This document shows positions 49,666 through 64,000 of a stretch of DNA of 64,000 nucleotides, in pieces. Positions within the stretch are counted from its first letter, which is position 1. Each line of letters begins with the position of its first letter. The position numbers were made by a program, and so were the translations under genes. Where the stretch lies: positions 34,472,001-34,536,000 of the forward strand of contig OY740804.1 of assembly GCA_963514005.1 (NCBI GenBank), in the 5' to 3' direction. The notes under the pieces were generated by a model. That model saw only the letters and a list, made by a program, of their open reading frames with translations. It did no database searches and was not told the origin of the DNA. This DNA is from Raja brachyura (taxonomy: Eukaryota).

Positions 49666-50184
49666 TGATAAAAGTTACTATTGCAAATCATATTTGCCTG
49701 TTCTAAACATTCTTTAGTTTTTTATGCAGTGTTTATTTCAGTTTACAGCTGAATTTGTAAATGGCTTTGTATTTTTGGTGACAGTTTAATAATGAAGAAA
49801 AAGTAATTTGTTAAGTATGTAAAAGTTAATTTTTTTTAACAGGAGTATATCCACTGCACTTACAGAAATAGGACAGTTGGGTATAGATGGAATCTAAATA
49901 ACTTAATACATAATCAGATGCATGTTAGAACACTGACAAAAGTATGCCGGGTGTTGATGTAACAGGCAAATTCTTTATCTTCCCCAAGAGGATCTGATGT
50001 AAAAATATATCAGACTGAAAGTCGGCCTTGGATGTTCTAGTTGGAGAATTTCCAGCATTACCATCTGTTGATTTCATAGTTTCATTTATTGTCCCCACTG
50101 CAGTGGACTAACTATCTCTAGTGCCTATTTGCCTGCAACATTCAACTCTGAACTAGGTAATCTTTGTACGGCAAGATGGGCATC

Positions 50185-50279
50185 TGAATGGCTACATGCT
50201 TCTTACATGCTTCTTAGAATCACAGGGTTACACGGCATGAATGGCTACATGCTTCTTACATGCTTCTTAGAATCACAGG
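50185..50279. repeat. 42-bp direct repeat, two copies with an 11-bp spacer
   Basis: tgaatggctacatgcttcttacatgcttcttagaatcacagg at 50185-50226 and 50238-50279. Confidence 0.9.
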
Positions 50280-50629
50280 CTCTGCAGCCCACCTTGTTCA
50301 TGTTGGCACTCTGGGCTGGTCCCATTTGCCTTCATTTGGCTAATTGGCCTCTAAACCCTTTGTATCCATATCTGTTTCAATGTCATTTGAAAGTCATTTA
50401 TGAATAGCATGCCAGGACTAGATTTATGAGGATGTTGCCAGGATTCGAGGGCCTGATCTATAGGGTGAGGTTGAACAGGCTGGGACTTTATTCCTTGAAA
50501 CGCAGAGTAGGACAATTGAGATACAGAGAACATAGGTTTCAGGGGGCGGGGGGGAGATTCGGGGGACTCTCTGACTCAAAGTCATAATTGTATCTGCTTT
50601 TCTAGCTGCCTCGTGCAGCTTATTTATCT

Positions 50630-50682
50630 GGCAAATGAATAAATGATGAATCTTTGTCCCAAACATTATGGAGGGCACCGTA
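50630..50682. mobile_element. Solo Tc1 TIR end fragment
   Basis: gcaaatgaataaatgatgaatctttgtcccaaacattatggagggcaccg|ta matches the right end of the Tc1 at 13783-13833. Confidence 0.75.
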
Positions 50683-52335
50683 TCTAGCTCACTCTTGAAA
50701 ACATCCAGTGAATTGGCCTCCACTTCCTTCTGTGGCAGAAAATTCCACAACTATCTGGGTAAAAAAGTTTTTCCTCTGTCCTAAAAGGCCTAACCCTTAT
50801 TCTTAAACCGTAACCCCTGGTCTGGACTCTCCCAACATGGGGAACATTTTTCTTGCATCTAACCGTATGAATTTAATATTTTTCTTTAAGATCGCCCCTC
50901 ACCCTTCTAATTCCCTTGTCTAAATCGTTAATATATATATTGTAAATAACGGAAACCCACTAGTCACTGCCTGCCATTCTGAAGACCCGTTAATTCCTAC
51001 TCTTTGCTTCCTGTCTGCTAACCAGTTCCCTGTCCATGTCGATCCCTACCCAAAATACCATGTGCTCTAATTTTGCACACTAATCTCTTGTGTGGGACCA
51101 TGTCAAAGGCTTTTTGAAAGTTGGATACACTTATTCATTCTACTTGTTCAATCCTCAAAAAATTGCAGAAGATTATCAAACATTCATTTAAAATTTTTTT
51201 TTTTTATTAGAGGTAAATACATCAATGTACACATACTGTTACAATCATTGTACCCCATAATTTTATGGCTTTTAAAGAAAAAGAATAGCGAGAAAGAGAG
51301 TGAAATGTGAAAAGAGTTGTGATAGTGAAAGAGCGTGCCAAAGGGGAGAAGAAACCCTTGGTCAAAGAATTGGAAAAGGGGGTTAAAAGATAGACCCTAA
51401 AAAAAAAAGGAAAAAGAAAAAAAAGCCAGTTATTATATTATATATATCACGCAAAAGGAATCCACCAACTCGATAATTTTTCATCCCCCCCCCGCCACCA
51501 AGGCCTGAGGTACTCCTGCACCCTATCTTTGTAATAATTCTATAAATGCAGACCACGTCTAATAGAAGTGTTCTGATTTTCCTTCCAGGCGGAGTCTCAT
51601 ATCAAAAACATGATTGCCCCTTCATAAATCCATGCTGACTTTAACCGATCCTGTCACTCCTCGCCAAATGCGCTTCTATAACATCTTTAATAATCGACTC
51701 GAGCATCTTCCCCACTACCAATATATGGCTAACTTGTCTATAATTCCCCGTTTTCTCTCCACTTTCTTGAAAAGTAGGGTTTCATTGATTACTCTCCGGT
51801 CCACAGGAACCGATCCAGAGTTGAGAGAACAGTGGAAAATGATCACCAATGCATCCACGATTTCTAGGGCCACCTCCTTGAGTACTCTGGGATGCAGACC
51901 ATCAGGCCCTGGGGATTTATCTGCCTTCAGTCCCGACAGTTTACCTAACACCATTTCCTGTCTAATGTGGCTTACCTTCATTTCTTTAATCCCTACTAGA
52001 TCCTCGGTCCCCGAGTATTTCTGGGAGATTGTGGGTGTCTTCCGTAGTGAAGACAGAACCAAAGTACTCATTTAACTGGTCTTCCATTTCCTTTTTTCTC
52101 ATTATAATTTCACCTGTTTCTGACTGTAATGGACCCACATTTGTCTTCACTAATCTTTTCCTCTGCACATATCTAAATAAGCTTTTACAGCCAGTTTTTA
52201 TATTCCCCTTTCTTTCATGCTCTATTTTCCCCCTCTTAATTAACCCCTTTGTCTAAATTCTAAATTTCTCCCAGTCCTCTGGTGTGTGGCTTCCTCTGGC
52301 AAAATGTATATGCTACTTCCTTGGATTTACCACTA
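50683..52335 (-). mobile_element. Internally deleted CR1 LINE with a nested L1/Tx1 3' fragment (about 51185-51600)
   Basis: LKADKSPGPDGLHPRVLKEVALEIVDALVIIF is the CR1 ORF2 linker. The nested insert has an antisense poly(T) head and an atcaaa(aa)cat flanking duplication. Confidence 0.8.
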
Positions 52336-53419
52336 TCCTTAATTTCCCTCATTAGCTATGGTCTATCCTAAAATTTCCTCGTTAGCCGTGGTAATGTTCC
52401 CTTTTAAATCTTTCCTCGCTCATCTGCTGTTTATTTTCAGAATCCTTTCCTCTGGGGAAAGAAATTGTGGGCATTTTATCTATGTCCTTCATGGTGTTGC
52501 ATATCTCAGCAAGGGCATCCCTCGGCCTCCCACATTCTTTAAAAAAAAGTCACAGCCTTCCCAACCTCTTTCTATAACTCAAACCTGCAAGTCCTGGATA
52601 CTGCAAGAGCATAGCTGTTGAAACTGCAATACAATCTGGCATTTTACATTGTCAATTACAGAAAATTGAAATTTAATTGCAGCTTCAGAATGCCAGGTGG
52701 GATACAGGTACAATACGCAATGTTGTGTCTTTCCCTACATTATGTAATGCTGCAAGCTCAAAAATCTGCAACCTCTGTTCCAGTGACCCAGGTTCAATTC
52801 TACTATTTTATTTTTTTTAATGTGAATGTTATTAATACTTAGAAATGACTAAAAGGCATTTACAGATTTAACAGAGGGAAAATGCCCATCTCTCAGTTTT
52901 GCTAGCTGTTTAATGTTGGGATAATTTAGGGGCAGAGTTTTACCTCAACTGAGTTGGTGTTGCTGGATTCCAGAATGTAGCGAGACCGGAGGTGAACACT
53001 GCTTCTAATCAGAACAACAATGGGCATGGAAGGACTGGGCCAGGAAGATCTGACTTCTTATCCCAATGATGCACTTTTTTTAGGCATTGTCTCCTCCCTT
53101 TTGCCTGCAATATTTGACTGCCTTGGTCTTTTGTATTACAAAATTATTTGTATGTTGGTCACCTACCTTGCCCCTTGCCTACATTACTAGATACTATGTT
53201 GCTAGTGTGCTGTGATAAATATGATTCAAGAATTGTAGATTGAATAATTTGAATTTGTCAGCCCATTCTCTCCTCCTCCATTCTGCTAAATATATAAGAA
53301 ATAGTAGGATGAGTAGGTCCTGAGGCCGATAAACTCACCATCATTCTTTAAGATCATCATGTTTAATCTGCCTTCCCATAATATCCTACATTTATTAATC
53401 ATCCTCATTTTTGAACTAT

Positions 53420-54070
53420 GTACTACCAACATGCCATGCCAATCAATAAGTCTAATCTTTCATAGGCCCACCTACCTGCCTTTAACCCATATCCTTCTAA
53501 ACCTTTCCTATCCATGTACCTGAACAAATGGCTTTTAAATGTTATAGTACCAGCCTCAACTACCATTTTGTATACCAACGACTCTGTGTGCCTGAAAGGT
53601 TGCCCCTCAGGTTTGTATTAAATCTTTCTCCTGTCACCTTAAACCTACGTCTTCTAGTTCTTGATTTCCCTACTCTTGGTAAAAGATTCTGTGCATTCAC
53701 CCTCTCTATTCCTCTCATGCTCTTATAAAGCTATATAAGGCCACCCCTCATCTTCCTGTGGTCTAAAGAATAGTCCTAGCCTGCTTCAGATCTCCCTGTA
53801 GCCAAAGCCCTCGAGTCCAAGCAACATCCTTGTAAATCTTCTGAGCAACCTTTCCAGCTTGACAACATCTTTCCTGCAGCATGGTGCCCAAAACTGAACA
53901 TAGTACTCTAAATGTAGCCACACCAATGTCTTGTGTAACTGCAACGTGACCTCCCAACCTCTGCACTCTATGCTCTGACTGATGAAGGTCAATGTGCCGA
54001 AAGCCTCTTTGACCACCTTATCTACCTGTGACGCCAATTCCAATAAACTATTTACCTGCATACCTAGATT
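53420..54070 (-). mobile_element. CR1 LINE 3' fragment
   Basis: QVDKVVKEAFGTLTFISQSIECRGWEVTLQLHKTLVWLHLEYYVQFWAP. Confidence 0.85.
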
Positions 54071-54639
54071 CTTTAATTTTAGTTAATTATTTCATTCATT
54101 AATAACAAATGTATTGACCATTTTAATGCTCCCGTATCATTGGTTTGTTTTCTCTCATACAATTTATAGACTCGGCTATTCATTGGTTCCTGCAATGTGT
54201 AGAAATCGAGATATTTGGGAGCTTTGACTGAAATAGTCGCAAACTTAAGATTATCATACTCAAACTTTTAAAAAGCGGCATTTTATTTGTCAGAATTCCT
54301 TTTAAAGCAAGCTGGTTCATTTCTGGAGGGAAACCCCGATCTTCAAGAACTATTAATTTGAAATTCAGGATTTGCCGTAATCACCTTTTTACATTTTAAA
54401 GAGATTATTCGATCATAGGAGAATTTATAATAAGGAAGGGAAATGGCAGAAAATTTAAACGCATGCTTTGTCTATTTTTCCCCTATGGCGACACTAAAAC
54501 CTGCCAGAAAGACTAGAGAATTTTGGGGTTGATGAGGATGGAGAACTGAAAGAAATTTGTGTTATTTTAAAGAAAATAGCTTGGCAAGTTTGATGACGGA
54601 CAATAAATCAAACATCAAATGGTCTGCATCACAGTTTCA

Positions 54640-54905
54640 GAAACAACCTCTTCCCTTCCCTTCACCTTCTAAACAGCCCTTCCATAAGCTAGGGTACTGT
54701 TTCACCTCTACTCCATTAAGGACGTTGGACTTTTTCTAAGGAACTGATGCACTACAATGAGAACTATTCTGTACTCCATCTTCCCCTTTGTTCTATCTAT
54801 TGTACTTGAGTTTGAACTGATTGTATCTATGTATGGTATATCTGATCTGTTTGGATAACATGCAAAACAAAGCTGTACTTCACTGTACGTGGCAATGTAC
54901 CTAAA
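54640..54905 (+). mobile_element. Rex1/Babar 3' UTR fragment
   Basis: gtatggtatatctgatctgtttggataacatgcaaaacaaagc...cactgtac, similar to 5190-5270. Confidence 0.55.
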
Positions 54906-55019
54906 CTTGAACTTGCTGCAGAGATGGCGGAAGCATTGGTTTTCATCTTTCAAAATTGTATGGACTGTGAAATGTTTTCTGCAGATTCTGCAGATTTAAC
55001 TTTTTGTTTAAAGTGAGAA

Positions 55020-55740
55020 AATAGAAAATGGGAAACTGACCTGTTGGTCAAACACCAGTAGAAGAGTAAATGCTAGAATCTATATAATGACAAATACAAT
55101 AATGGAACTGGAAAAGAATAATAGGATTGAGCATTCGTCATGGATTTGTGAAATGGAAGCCATGTTTGACTAATTTATTGGAATATTTTGAAGATGTGGT
55201 TGATAAAATATTGGAGCCAAACGGTAGTGTTTGGATGTTTAGAAGATCTTTTGACTAAACTCCACACAGGAGAGGGGTCAACAAGACCATCGCATGTGGA
55301 ACTGGGTATGTTAAATAGGCATATAATTTGTTAACGAAGAATAAAGAAAATGAGTATTTCTTACATTGGCAGGCTGTGGTGACTGGGGTGCCATAGAAAT
55401 GGGTGCTCGGGGACTGACTTGTTAACTATTTATGTCAGCGATTTAGCTGAGGGGCCAAATGACATATTTGCAACCTTGCTGATGATGCAAAACTAAATTA
55501 GATTGTGAAGAGAATGGAGATTACCAAAAGCTTCTGGAGGATATGGACAAGTTTAAATGAGTGGATGAGAATGTGACAGAAGGAATACAGTGTGGCAAAA
55601 ATGAGAGCTCATCGACTCGGAAACACGAAATAGAAAAGCGTAGGGACCTTGGAAAATGCTGATATTTAGAGACTTGGGTGTCCTTGGATATGTCATCGAA
55701 AATTAATGTGCAGATATGGCAAGCAAATAGTGTTGGCTTC
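55020..55740 (+). mobile_element. Highly decayed CR1 RT fragment
   Basis: catggatttgtgaaatggaagccatgtttgactaattt (HGF..CLTNL) and gctgatgatgcaaaact (ADDAK). Confidence 0.6.
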
Positions 55741-56788
55741 AAACTGTCAAACGTTTACTACCTTCTAGTCTACAAGAACAATTTTATTAGAATCTAGCAT
55801 TCTGAAGGAAGACAACCAGAACATCGTTATCACTAAAGAGAGCACTTTCAAAATTTTGGGTGTGTATATGATCAGGTCCTAGGGATTAAGTAGCTGAATA
55901 GCTCACTAACTACGTTTTCACTATCTTATAGACGAGTGCTTAATTCATTCACTGCTTTTCCTATTGGATCATTGATTCTCTAATATCAGATCCAAAACAA
56001 TCTTTTCCTTCTTCATGATTTGATCTGAAGAATCTTATCTATATTTCATGAATTCAGCTCCACTTTTATCAGAGCAAATATGACTCATTCATTCTATACA
56101 TAAGTCTCACATTATTGTCAAGTTAGATGTAATATCCGACTTCACATAAATCAGGGGTATTACAAGGGCTGTGTCAAGTTGTATATTACATCCATTATTA
56201 GGTGGCGTAAATAAATCCTATTTCTGTTTTCTGCCGTTTGTTTTTTTTTTTGCTTGATTCAGTGATTCTAGTTTCACTCTTCCTTTTGCACTCTTTCCAA
56301 AAAATCAACTGCCCTGAAATATTTAGTTCCTAACTTTGGCACCCTGCAACCATGTTTTCATAATGAGAATTAGATAATATCTGTTAACTTTGATTTGTGC
56401 CAATCATGCTATGAATACTTTGTAATTTTAAGTTTTTCTGCATCTTAACCTATTAGCTGCTTGATGTGTTTTAACCAGCTACATTGCTTATTATTTACTT
56501 TTTTTTACTTCCCCTTCCTGCATTTTTTGCCCTTCTTCCAAAATGGACTAACTTTAATTAGTAATCTAAAAATATTATTGCACTTGACCCTTATGGAAAA
56601 TTGATTTGTGTGCTCCTGGGGAAAAAATAGTTTGCCGATTGTCAAGTTAGTTTTTTATTCAGCACTCTTATCTGAATTTTCTATTCGGCACAAACTGCAC
56701 ATTTAATTGACTTTGTTTATTTCATTGTTATTATACTTTAATAAACTTCCATTATTAACTTTTTCTCTGAATATTTTTTTCTGTTTAG

Positions 56789-56938
<150 letters not shown>

Positions 56939-59565
56939 TAATTTAAAATTAACACAAATTAATAATTTAGATGACATTTAAGAAAATATTGCACAAAGCA
57001 CTGAGCTGAGTTTGTGCCTTGAAATAAAATGCTAGGTTTGAACTATTTTCTTTGCTAAATTTGTGGTACGTGCACATTTTACTCCCTGCCGAGTTCCTGC
57101 TGATGACGGAGTAAGAGTAGCACTGATTAATTGTGGATACAATTCCACTGTAAAACGTGATATTTTTTGACAAGTACAAAAGAAATGTACTTTGGCTGAG
57201 TTGCATTGGAGTAAAGAGAGGGTGGGGGGGGGGGGTGGTGTTAAGGGAGAAAAGCAATGGAGGAGAGCACAGTGAGAGTGCTCTCCCAGGTCGGTGCTGG
57301 TCAGTCATACTGAACTAGCTTTCAGTTAAAGAAGCAGAGTCCATGCTTATGCCTGGGAAAGGGAGGAAGCACAAGTCATTACCTTCACAACAGATAGACA
57401 CAAAAAGCGGGAGTAGCTCAGTGGGAGACGGGCAGCATCTCTGGAGAGAAGGAGTAGTTGACGTTTTGGGCCGAGATCCTTCTCCACCACAGATTTGTTC
57501 TTTAGTTGTTGATTTAATCTCCTTCTCCATTGAAGCCGTTCTGAATCTAAAACTGAGGCAGTATTTGGTAACAACAAGTTTCAGACATAATATCTCTTGT
57601 GAGAAAATCTTTTTTCCAGATCTTTAAAGTCTACAGGTTTTGCCCTTGATGAAGAGTGAAAGGACAGAGGTTCAATCTGTTCACTCAAGTACCCTAACCA
57701 TTTGAAATCTAATGTTAGCAACAACAGGTACTTGGCCTTAGTTTGTCTGAGATAACAAAATACGTCAAGTGCTTCACATGAAAAGAAAACCTGATATAGT
57801 ACTTGTGAAGATATTTAGGTAAATGATCAGAAGCCTCCACAAAAGGTTTTTTAATTTTTCAGGTTGTTGTGGGTAACATCAAAGTTAGTAATGGTTGCAT
57901 TCCTCCTTCATTTGAGAACGTATTGGATTCTCATCTCCATCTTGCACCACTGTAGACCCTCTGGTGATGATACCCTTATGAATGCTGTTGGGTAGGACAT
58001 GTCCAGATTTTGTTTCGGCAACAATGAAGCTAATGGTGATATATTTACAAGCTAGTGTGCGATGTGTAGGGGTCCTGTACGTGATAGAGTTCCCATTGGT
58101 CTGCATCCTCGACTTTGATGTGGATGCCATAAGTTGAAAGATGTTGACAGAGAATCCTCGGGTGTATACCAGCAACACATTTTTTTCCCTTGGCAATGGC
58201 TGTATGGAGGCATTGTGGAAGGAGTGTCAATCATTGGACAGTGTTGTCCTGGACGTCTGGAAATTATTGGATATTTGAAAGGCTACATTAAAAAAAAAAA
58301 TTAAAAAAAATATTAACGCTTTCTTCTCATTCGCGTACCCAAAACAGCTTTGTTTTTCTTTTGGAGTGGTTGAATTAGAGCCTTCCACAAGTTAGTAGTT
58401 GAGTTACGCTTAAATATATCATTGGAGTTGTATTGCTGAATGTTGGCGTTTCTTGCTGAGGTAAAGGCTGGGTGATTCTTCAGGGGCAAGGAGCTGACCT
58501 GGCTGTTGAGTAGGCAGTCAGAAGGTTGCCAATTGATTGCTTAGCTCGATCAATTGACTATTTGCTGTGCCCATCAAGGAAGTGAGTGTTTGACAATGGC
58601 CTGATGACTTTTCCTTCATTTTTTTTAAATTGACATTTCTAATCTGAGCCTGTAACTTTTTGATTTCCCTTCTGTTTCATTCTGAGACTTTTGATGGTAC
58701 TTTGCACGTAACCATAACTAGAATTTGGTAGGTTTGACTCCAACCTACAGTATTGTAGAATATATGTAAAATGAACCATTGGGAAGTTTAGAATTTTGAA
58801 AGGACATTTATGGAAGGATTACATATCTAGCTAAAAAAAAGTTTGGCATATAACTTGTTTTACAATCTGATGAATTTAAGGGCTTCACAGATTTAATTAT
58901 AAATGCGAACCAAATTAAGTATTACGCCATAGAAGTGCACTTTGATTTGTAACGTTAATTGATATAGAATTATTGCTTATCTTGGCTATAGGGAAAGCTT
59001 GGACAAACTTGGATTATTTTCTCTGGAGGCAGGGGCAAGGTTTAAAGGAAGTATATTAGACAATTTTTTTTAACTGAGTAGATGGAACCTAGCATATAAG
59101 ACCTGGGGAATTTTTGGAGTCAGATAACAACATTTAAGAAGCATTTCAACTGCTTGCTACAAGTATTTGGGAGGTCTATGAATCCTTTCATTGTTAAAGT
59201 AAATAACTCTAATCTTGAAGGTTATTTCTAAAGTATTGAGGATATTTTTATTTTAAAAATGGGTGGAAATATTGCTTAAACGTGTTGGTAATACAGCAAA
59301 CTGTATATTTAATTATTAATGATAATGCACAAGCACATCTGAGTGAAATTGGTTAATCTCCTGCCTGTTCATTATGTCCTAATTTATCCTTGTAAATATT
59401 AAACTGCAGGTCAATTAAGCTGGCGTTCAAATTCTGGTCTGATTTCAGATTTTAATACCTAGTAACTTAAGATAAAAGATGTATAATGGTTAGGTTATTT
59501 AAAATGGTTAAGGATGAGTCTATTGTTGCTTTGTCTCTTTAATGATGTACATTTATATTGTTTAG

Positions 59566-59769
<204 letters not shown>

Positions 59770-60977
59770 TAAGCCATTTAGATTGTACAGTTTCATGCAA
59801 CAAAGCTCGTCAGGACAAGATATGAATGTCATTTTGTTGAGACTTGCTGAACCTTTGATCTAAAATACTTCCTAATATTACAGTTGCTTACCTTGTCTAT
59901 AGCCGGCCTGGTACATGCCTCTACTACCTATTGATTATTATTTTGTAGTCCTGGCTAGTTTGTCTTTTAGTCTCCATTAATGAGCTTATTTATGACTGGT
60001 TGCCGTGGCTGACTCATCCATAATCCCTGTGCTTGTTATCCTGCATTTTCTCCTGGGAAAGCAGTGTCTCTTTTTAAAATTCCAATTGTTTTTGTAACGC
60101 TTCCAGGAGCTTGCGCAGCCTTTTTTAAAAATCATATCAGCACTCGTCTGTCAAGATACATGTGCGAGCCATGTTCTGGTCACTATCAGGCCTAATTTTG
60201 TATTTCTGCAAATGATGTCCATTCTTCGGGCGGCATGAGTCTAAATTCTGAAAGTTATTTTGATATCTTCCATTCCACCCTCACTCCCTTCAAATCCACA
60301 TATACACTGCCAACCCATCTTTGAGATTCTATCTCTCCCCCCCCCCCCCCCCCCCCTCCAATTCATCCCCATGCTGTCTCTTGTTTGTTTTCCTGTTTAA
60401 AACAACCTCAACCAAGCTGTTGTCAACTGAATATCCCCTTTTAGGTTTTAATGCAACATTTGACAGATAATAATCTTTGAGCTAATTTATTTCTGATATT
60501 TTTCAAGATGCTATTTAATTGAATGTTATTCTTTGTTCCGGGAATTTGAGCCATTATTTCATGCTGTGTAAGAGCTATGCTCCGGCTCCCATCATATGGT
60601 GCAGTTTGCAAATACACGGAGGCTGCATGTAGTTTTGTGTACTCAATCTATAGGCTGGAAAATATGTCCTCTTCCCCTGCTTTGATTGATGAGAAATTAG
60701 ACACGAACAAAAAACAAAAATTTAGCTGGGCATAGATCTTAAACAACATCTAATTGAATGTTAAATAACTTGTATGTAACCATTATTTGAAAGGTATTTG
60801 TTGTAAGCTTAATTTTCAGAAATAGATCATGTAACCTTCTTTGGCTCACTGCAACTTATTTAGAATCGAAAAATGTGCAACATTCATGTTGGTTATTTAA
60901 TTAAAATACGTGAGCTGCGACATTTATATTTAAATTTGATATTTCCATTTCTAAATTTGATGCTTATCTTTTTATAG

Positions 60978-61140
60978 TGTGAAATCCTGCTTTCAAAACA
61001 TGGAGATTTGCAAACGGCGAGTCAACAACTATGAAACTATAAACCAGAATAAAAGCCCGTTTATTGCACATGTTGCACCAAACACAAGCACAAACTTGAC
61101 GATGGCCTTCAATAACCAACTCAACACCATGCACAATCAG
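60978..61140 (+). CDS. HIPK1: HIPK1 exon 7 (163 nt)
   Basis: tttttatag|(T)[54 protein letters not shown]|gtatga. Phase is consistent. Not in the ORF track. Confidence 0.95.
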
Positions 61141-62275
61141 GTATGAGCATCCCCTCCAACCAGTTCTTCTCAATAAAATGATTTTGAGCAGTCTAAATAC
61201 ACATACCACTGCATGCACACATGCGAGCAAGATTTGACATGGAAATGACGATTTCACATCGTCTACAGAATAATTGATGTACGATTAAGGGAGAGCCAGC
61301 ACGTTGTTGTTAGGTTTTTTTTCTGACTTTAATCTGCAAAACACTGAATAGTGAAAGTTTCTGGAACTTGCAAAATTCCTCACATAATATCCATTTGGTT
61401 CTAAAATTGTATCACAAGCTAAAACATTAAAGAGGAACTGGAAATTTGCTTCACTAAATTGAATATTTATGCTAATTGTAATTTTGATTTATATTCTGAA
61501 ATTGAAGTTTCACTAGTTTATTTGCTTGTACAATGAGTTAGAAAGTCTACATTAACTGGTCTGATCATTTGAAATTAATGCAAAAGGAGGCCATTCAACA
61601 TACCATGTCTCTGCTGGGTGAAAATAAACTATCCAGTGTAATTTCACTGTTTAGTTTGGCATCTCAGCTGCATGAAAACATATAATTTATTCAAAGTACA
61701 AATATAATGCTTATGTCTCTATCATCTTTTGAATTCCAAGTTCTAAACTCTTTCCCATACCAAATTTCTCAGGGTGAAATCTTTCCTGCTTCCCCTTCAA
61801 TTTATCAATTATTTACAAATGTTTCCTCCATATTTTATCTCTTTGATAAAGGAAATGTCCTGTACAAACATTGTAACCATGGAGCCATGTATTCAAATGT
61901 AAACCACTGTACACCAACAGCAAATGATCTAGTACTGACTTTGTAAAATTTACTGTGCTTTAATGTCTTCATAGTAAGGCTAATGAATATTAATTATATT
62001 CGGCATTGTTTTGCATTAGTTTTGCCAAATGAATTGGGTGAAAATGAATCTTCACCAGTTATATTAAGATCATTGCTTTGTATGGTATCTATTGGATCTT
62101 TAAAGGGCAATGATTTCCCTTCAGAATTTTAATTGTCATATTTGTTACAGATATATGTTTTAATCTGAACATTCTAGTTATATGTTATTTTATTAGATGT
62201 TTAAAAGAAAATGCAAACGTTTGTGCACTTCATGTTTTTCTTATACCTTTAATTAACAATGTGAAATTTCCTTAG

Positions 62276-62495
62276 GCCAACACCCTAGCTCCTACCTCCA
62301 CTGCAGCAGCTCTTTCGTTGTCCAGTGCGGATGTGTCTCTGCTTAATTATCAATCTGCACTCTATCAACCTCCAACAGCACCTGTGGCGGGTGTTGCACA
62401 AGCAAGCATGCCTCTGCAGGCAGGAACAACACAGATATGTGCACAGGCTGACCCCTTCCAGCAAGCCCTCATCGTGTGTCCACCAGCATTTCAAG
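62276..62495 (+). CDS. HIPK1: HIPK1 exon 8 (220 nt); gene continues beyond the window
   Basis: ttccttag|[30 protein letters not shown]...[24 protein letters not shown](G)|gtgagt. [12 protein letters not shown] and CPPAFQ match HIPK1. Confidence 0.94.
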
Positions 62496-63289
62496 GTGAG
62501 TATCTTCTTTCAGACTGGACACTTCGGAAACTTGAATGTCTTGTTTCAAGTCGTTAAACATATGGAATGACCAGCTTGTAAGATAAAAATTTGAAGCATG
62601 CACATTTAGGTTCTTGTTTGCTTAGCTTGGCATTTTCTTTTATCTGGACAGATGGATGTCCTTTATGAAAAACTTTATTTAGCTCCCTTTGAATATTCTT
62701 CAGCATTATATGAAAATAATTAATAGTCTCTGTGGCGTTTATTGCTTGTTTTTCAAACTGGTTGTGGAATGTATTGATCCAAGTTTGTGTTTGCTACTTT
62801 TGACTGGAGAACATTTAAAATAGCATTTGGCTGGCATTTTCTGTTACTTAAATAATATTTGACTAAATTCACTGAGGATTGAATCTTTGTGTGTTTGTGT
62901 ATAGTTTGATTTGAGTTTCTAGTTGGACACAAAGTAGAGGAATATAAATGTGAACTATAAAGGCATTAAAGAGGAAAGAGCATAAAGTTATAGAAATTAG
63001 TAAAGATAGGATAAACTGTTGGGAGGAAATCAAGCAAGTAAATGTGAATAACTGCATCAGTATGGGTGTGGAATTCTCCTTATAATTATTTTGTTAAAGG
63101 TGGTAGAATGTGGCATTGTCTGTTTAGAAATAATCAAATCCATTGATAGGGTATTTAATATTTTGAGACTGTAAAAAGCATATACATTTATCAGTGAATG
63201 GAGAGCCCGATACATTTATCAGTGATTGGAGAGTCCTACAAGCATTTTGCTCTTCCAAGCAGCAACAAATAATGTGATTTTAGTACAGG

Positions 63290-63410
63290 TGTCAGAAGTT
63301 ATGGGGAGAAGGCAGGAGAATGGGGTTAGGATGGAGAGATAGATCAGCCATTATTGAATGGTGAAGTGATGGGCCGAATAGCCTAATTCTATTCCTATCC
63401 CTTATTACCT
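63290..63410 (+). mobile_element. CR1 3' tail fragment
   Basis: gttatggggagaaggcaggagaatggggtt...gggccgaatagcctaattct. Confidence 0.75.
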
Positions 63411-63499
63411 GTATGGTCAGAAGAATGTAAACACAAGAATTAGCTGCAAGAGCAAACCATTCGCCCCCTTTCGCTTGCCCTGTAACTTGCTGAAGCCCT

Positions 63500-64000
63500 T
63501 TCCTCATCGCTGCTTGGCTGATGCTTTACCTTGGCACACTACTATCTTGATACCCCTTGCATTCCCTTAAAATCAAAAGTGGTTATGTGACGTATACACT
63601 GGGTATCAATTGAAACAATGAACGCCTTATTTGTTAAGGTTTTCATATAAATGTATTCTGTGACTCAGCCTTCTGAGAACACTCGGTAGAAGATATCTAA
63701 AGGTTCTTCTCATCACTGTCCTATGTCCAACCCCTTTATTTTGAGACTAACCCACTGACTTTCAATGCCCCAGCCAGGGGAACAATCCTGGTCTCTGCCC
63801 TGTGATAAATTTGCATGCTTCAATGAGATCACTTTTCATTCTTCAAAATTGGAGTTTAGTCTATTTAATCTCCCCTCGTAATCCATCTGGTAACCTGTTG
63901 TTGCACTTCCCCTATTGATAGCAAGTCATTCCTTAGATGGACGTACTAAATCTGTACACAAAATTCTAGTTGTGTTGCTAGAGCCCTGCTTGTTTTTGAG
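63500..64000 (-). mobile_element. Decayed CR1 3' fragment
   Basis: cccagccaggggaacaatc, gcatgcttcaatgagatcac, actaaatctgtacacaaaattc. Confidence 0.5.

Overview
Vertebrate genomic DNA, most likely from a cartilaginous fish (skate/ray-like, inferred from its V-SINE/HE1-type SINEs and its CR1, Rex1/Babar and Penelope repeats). The window holds the 5' part of a HIPK1 (homeodomain-interacting protein kinase 1) gene on the + strand. It has a CpG-island promoter and putative non-coding exon 1 at about 1.1-2.05 kb, a 1093-nt exon 2 carrying the start codon (20643-21735), and six further coding exons up to 62495. Together these encode about 663 aa including the whole kinase domain, and the gene continues past the window. 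The introns are filled with decayed transposons: Rex1/Babar, CR1, L1/Tx1, L2, Penelope-like elements, a Tc1, non-autonomous Helitrons, tRNA-SINEs and a TIR element. Notable observations: (1) minimal hammerhead-ribozyme motifs in Penelope terminal repeats, two of them nearly intact, in pre-mRNA sense and flanking exon 3; (2) a family of palindromic terminal-repeat-only Penelope derivatives; (3) circRNA-type architecture around exon 2, where back-splicing would create a 433-aa ORF; (4) an in-frame uORF separated from HIPK1 by a single UGA; (5) substitutions at residues normally invariant in the HIPK activation segment. All calls were made by eye, without database searches, and repeat boundaries are approximate unless a TSD is given.
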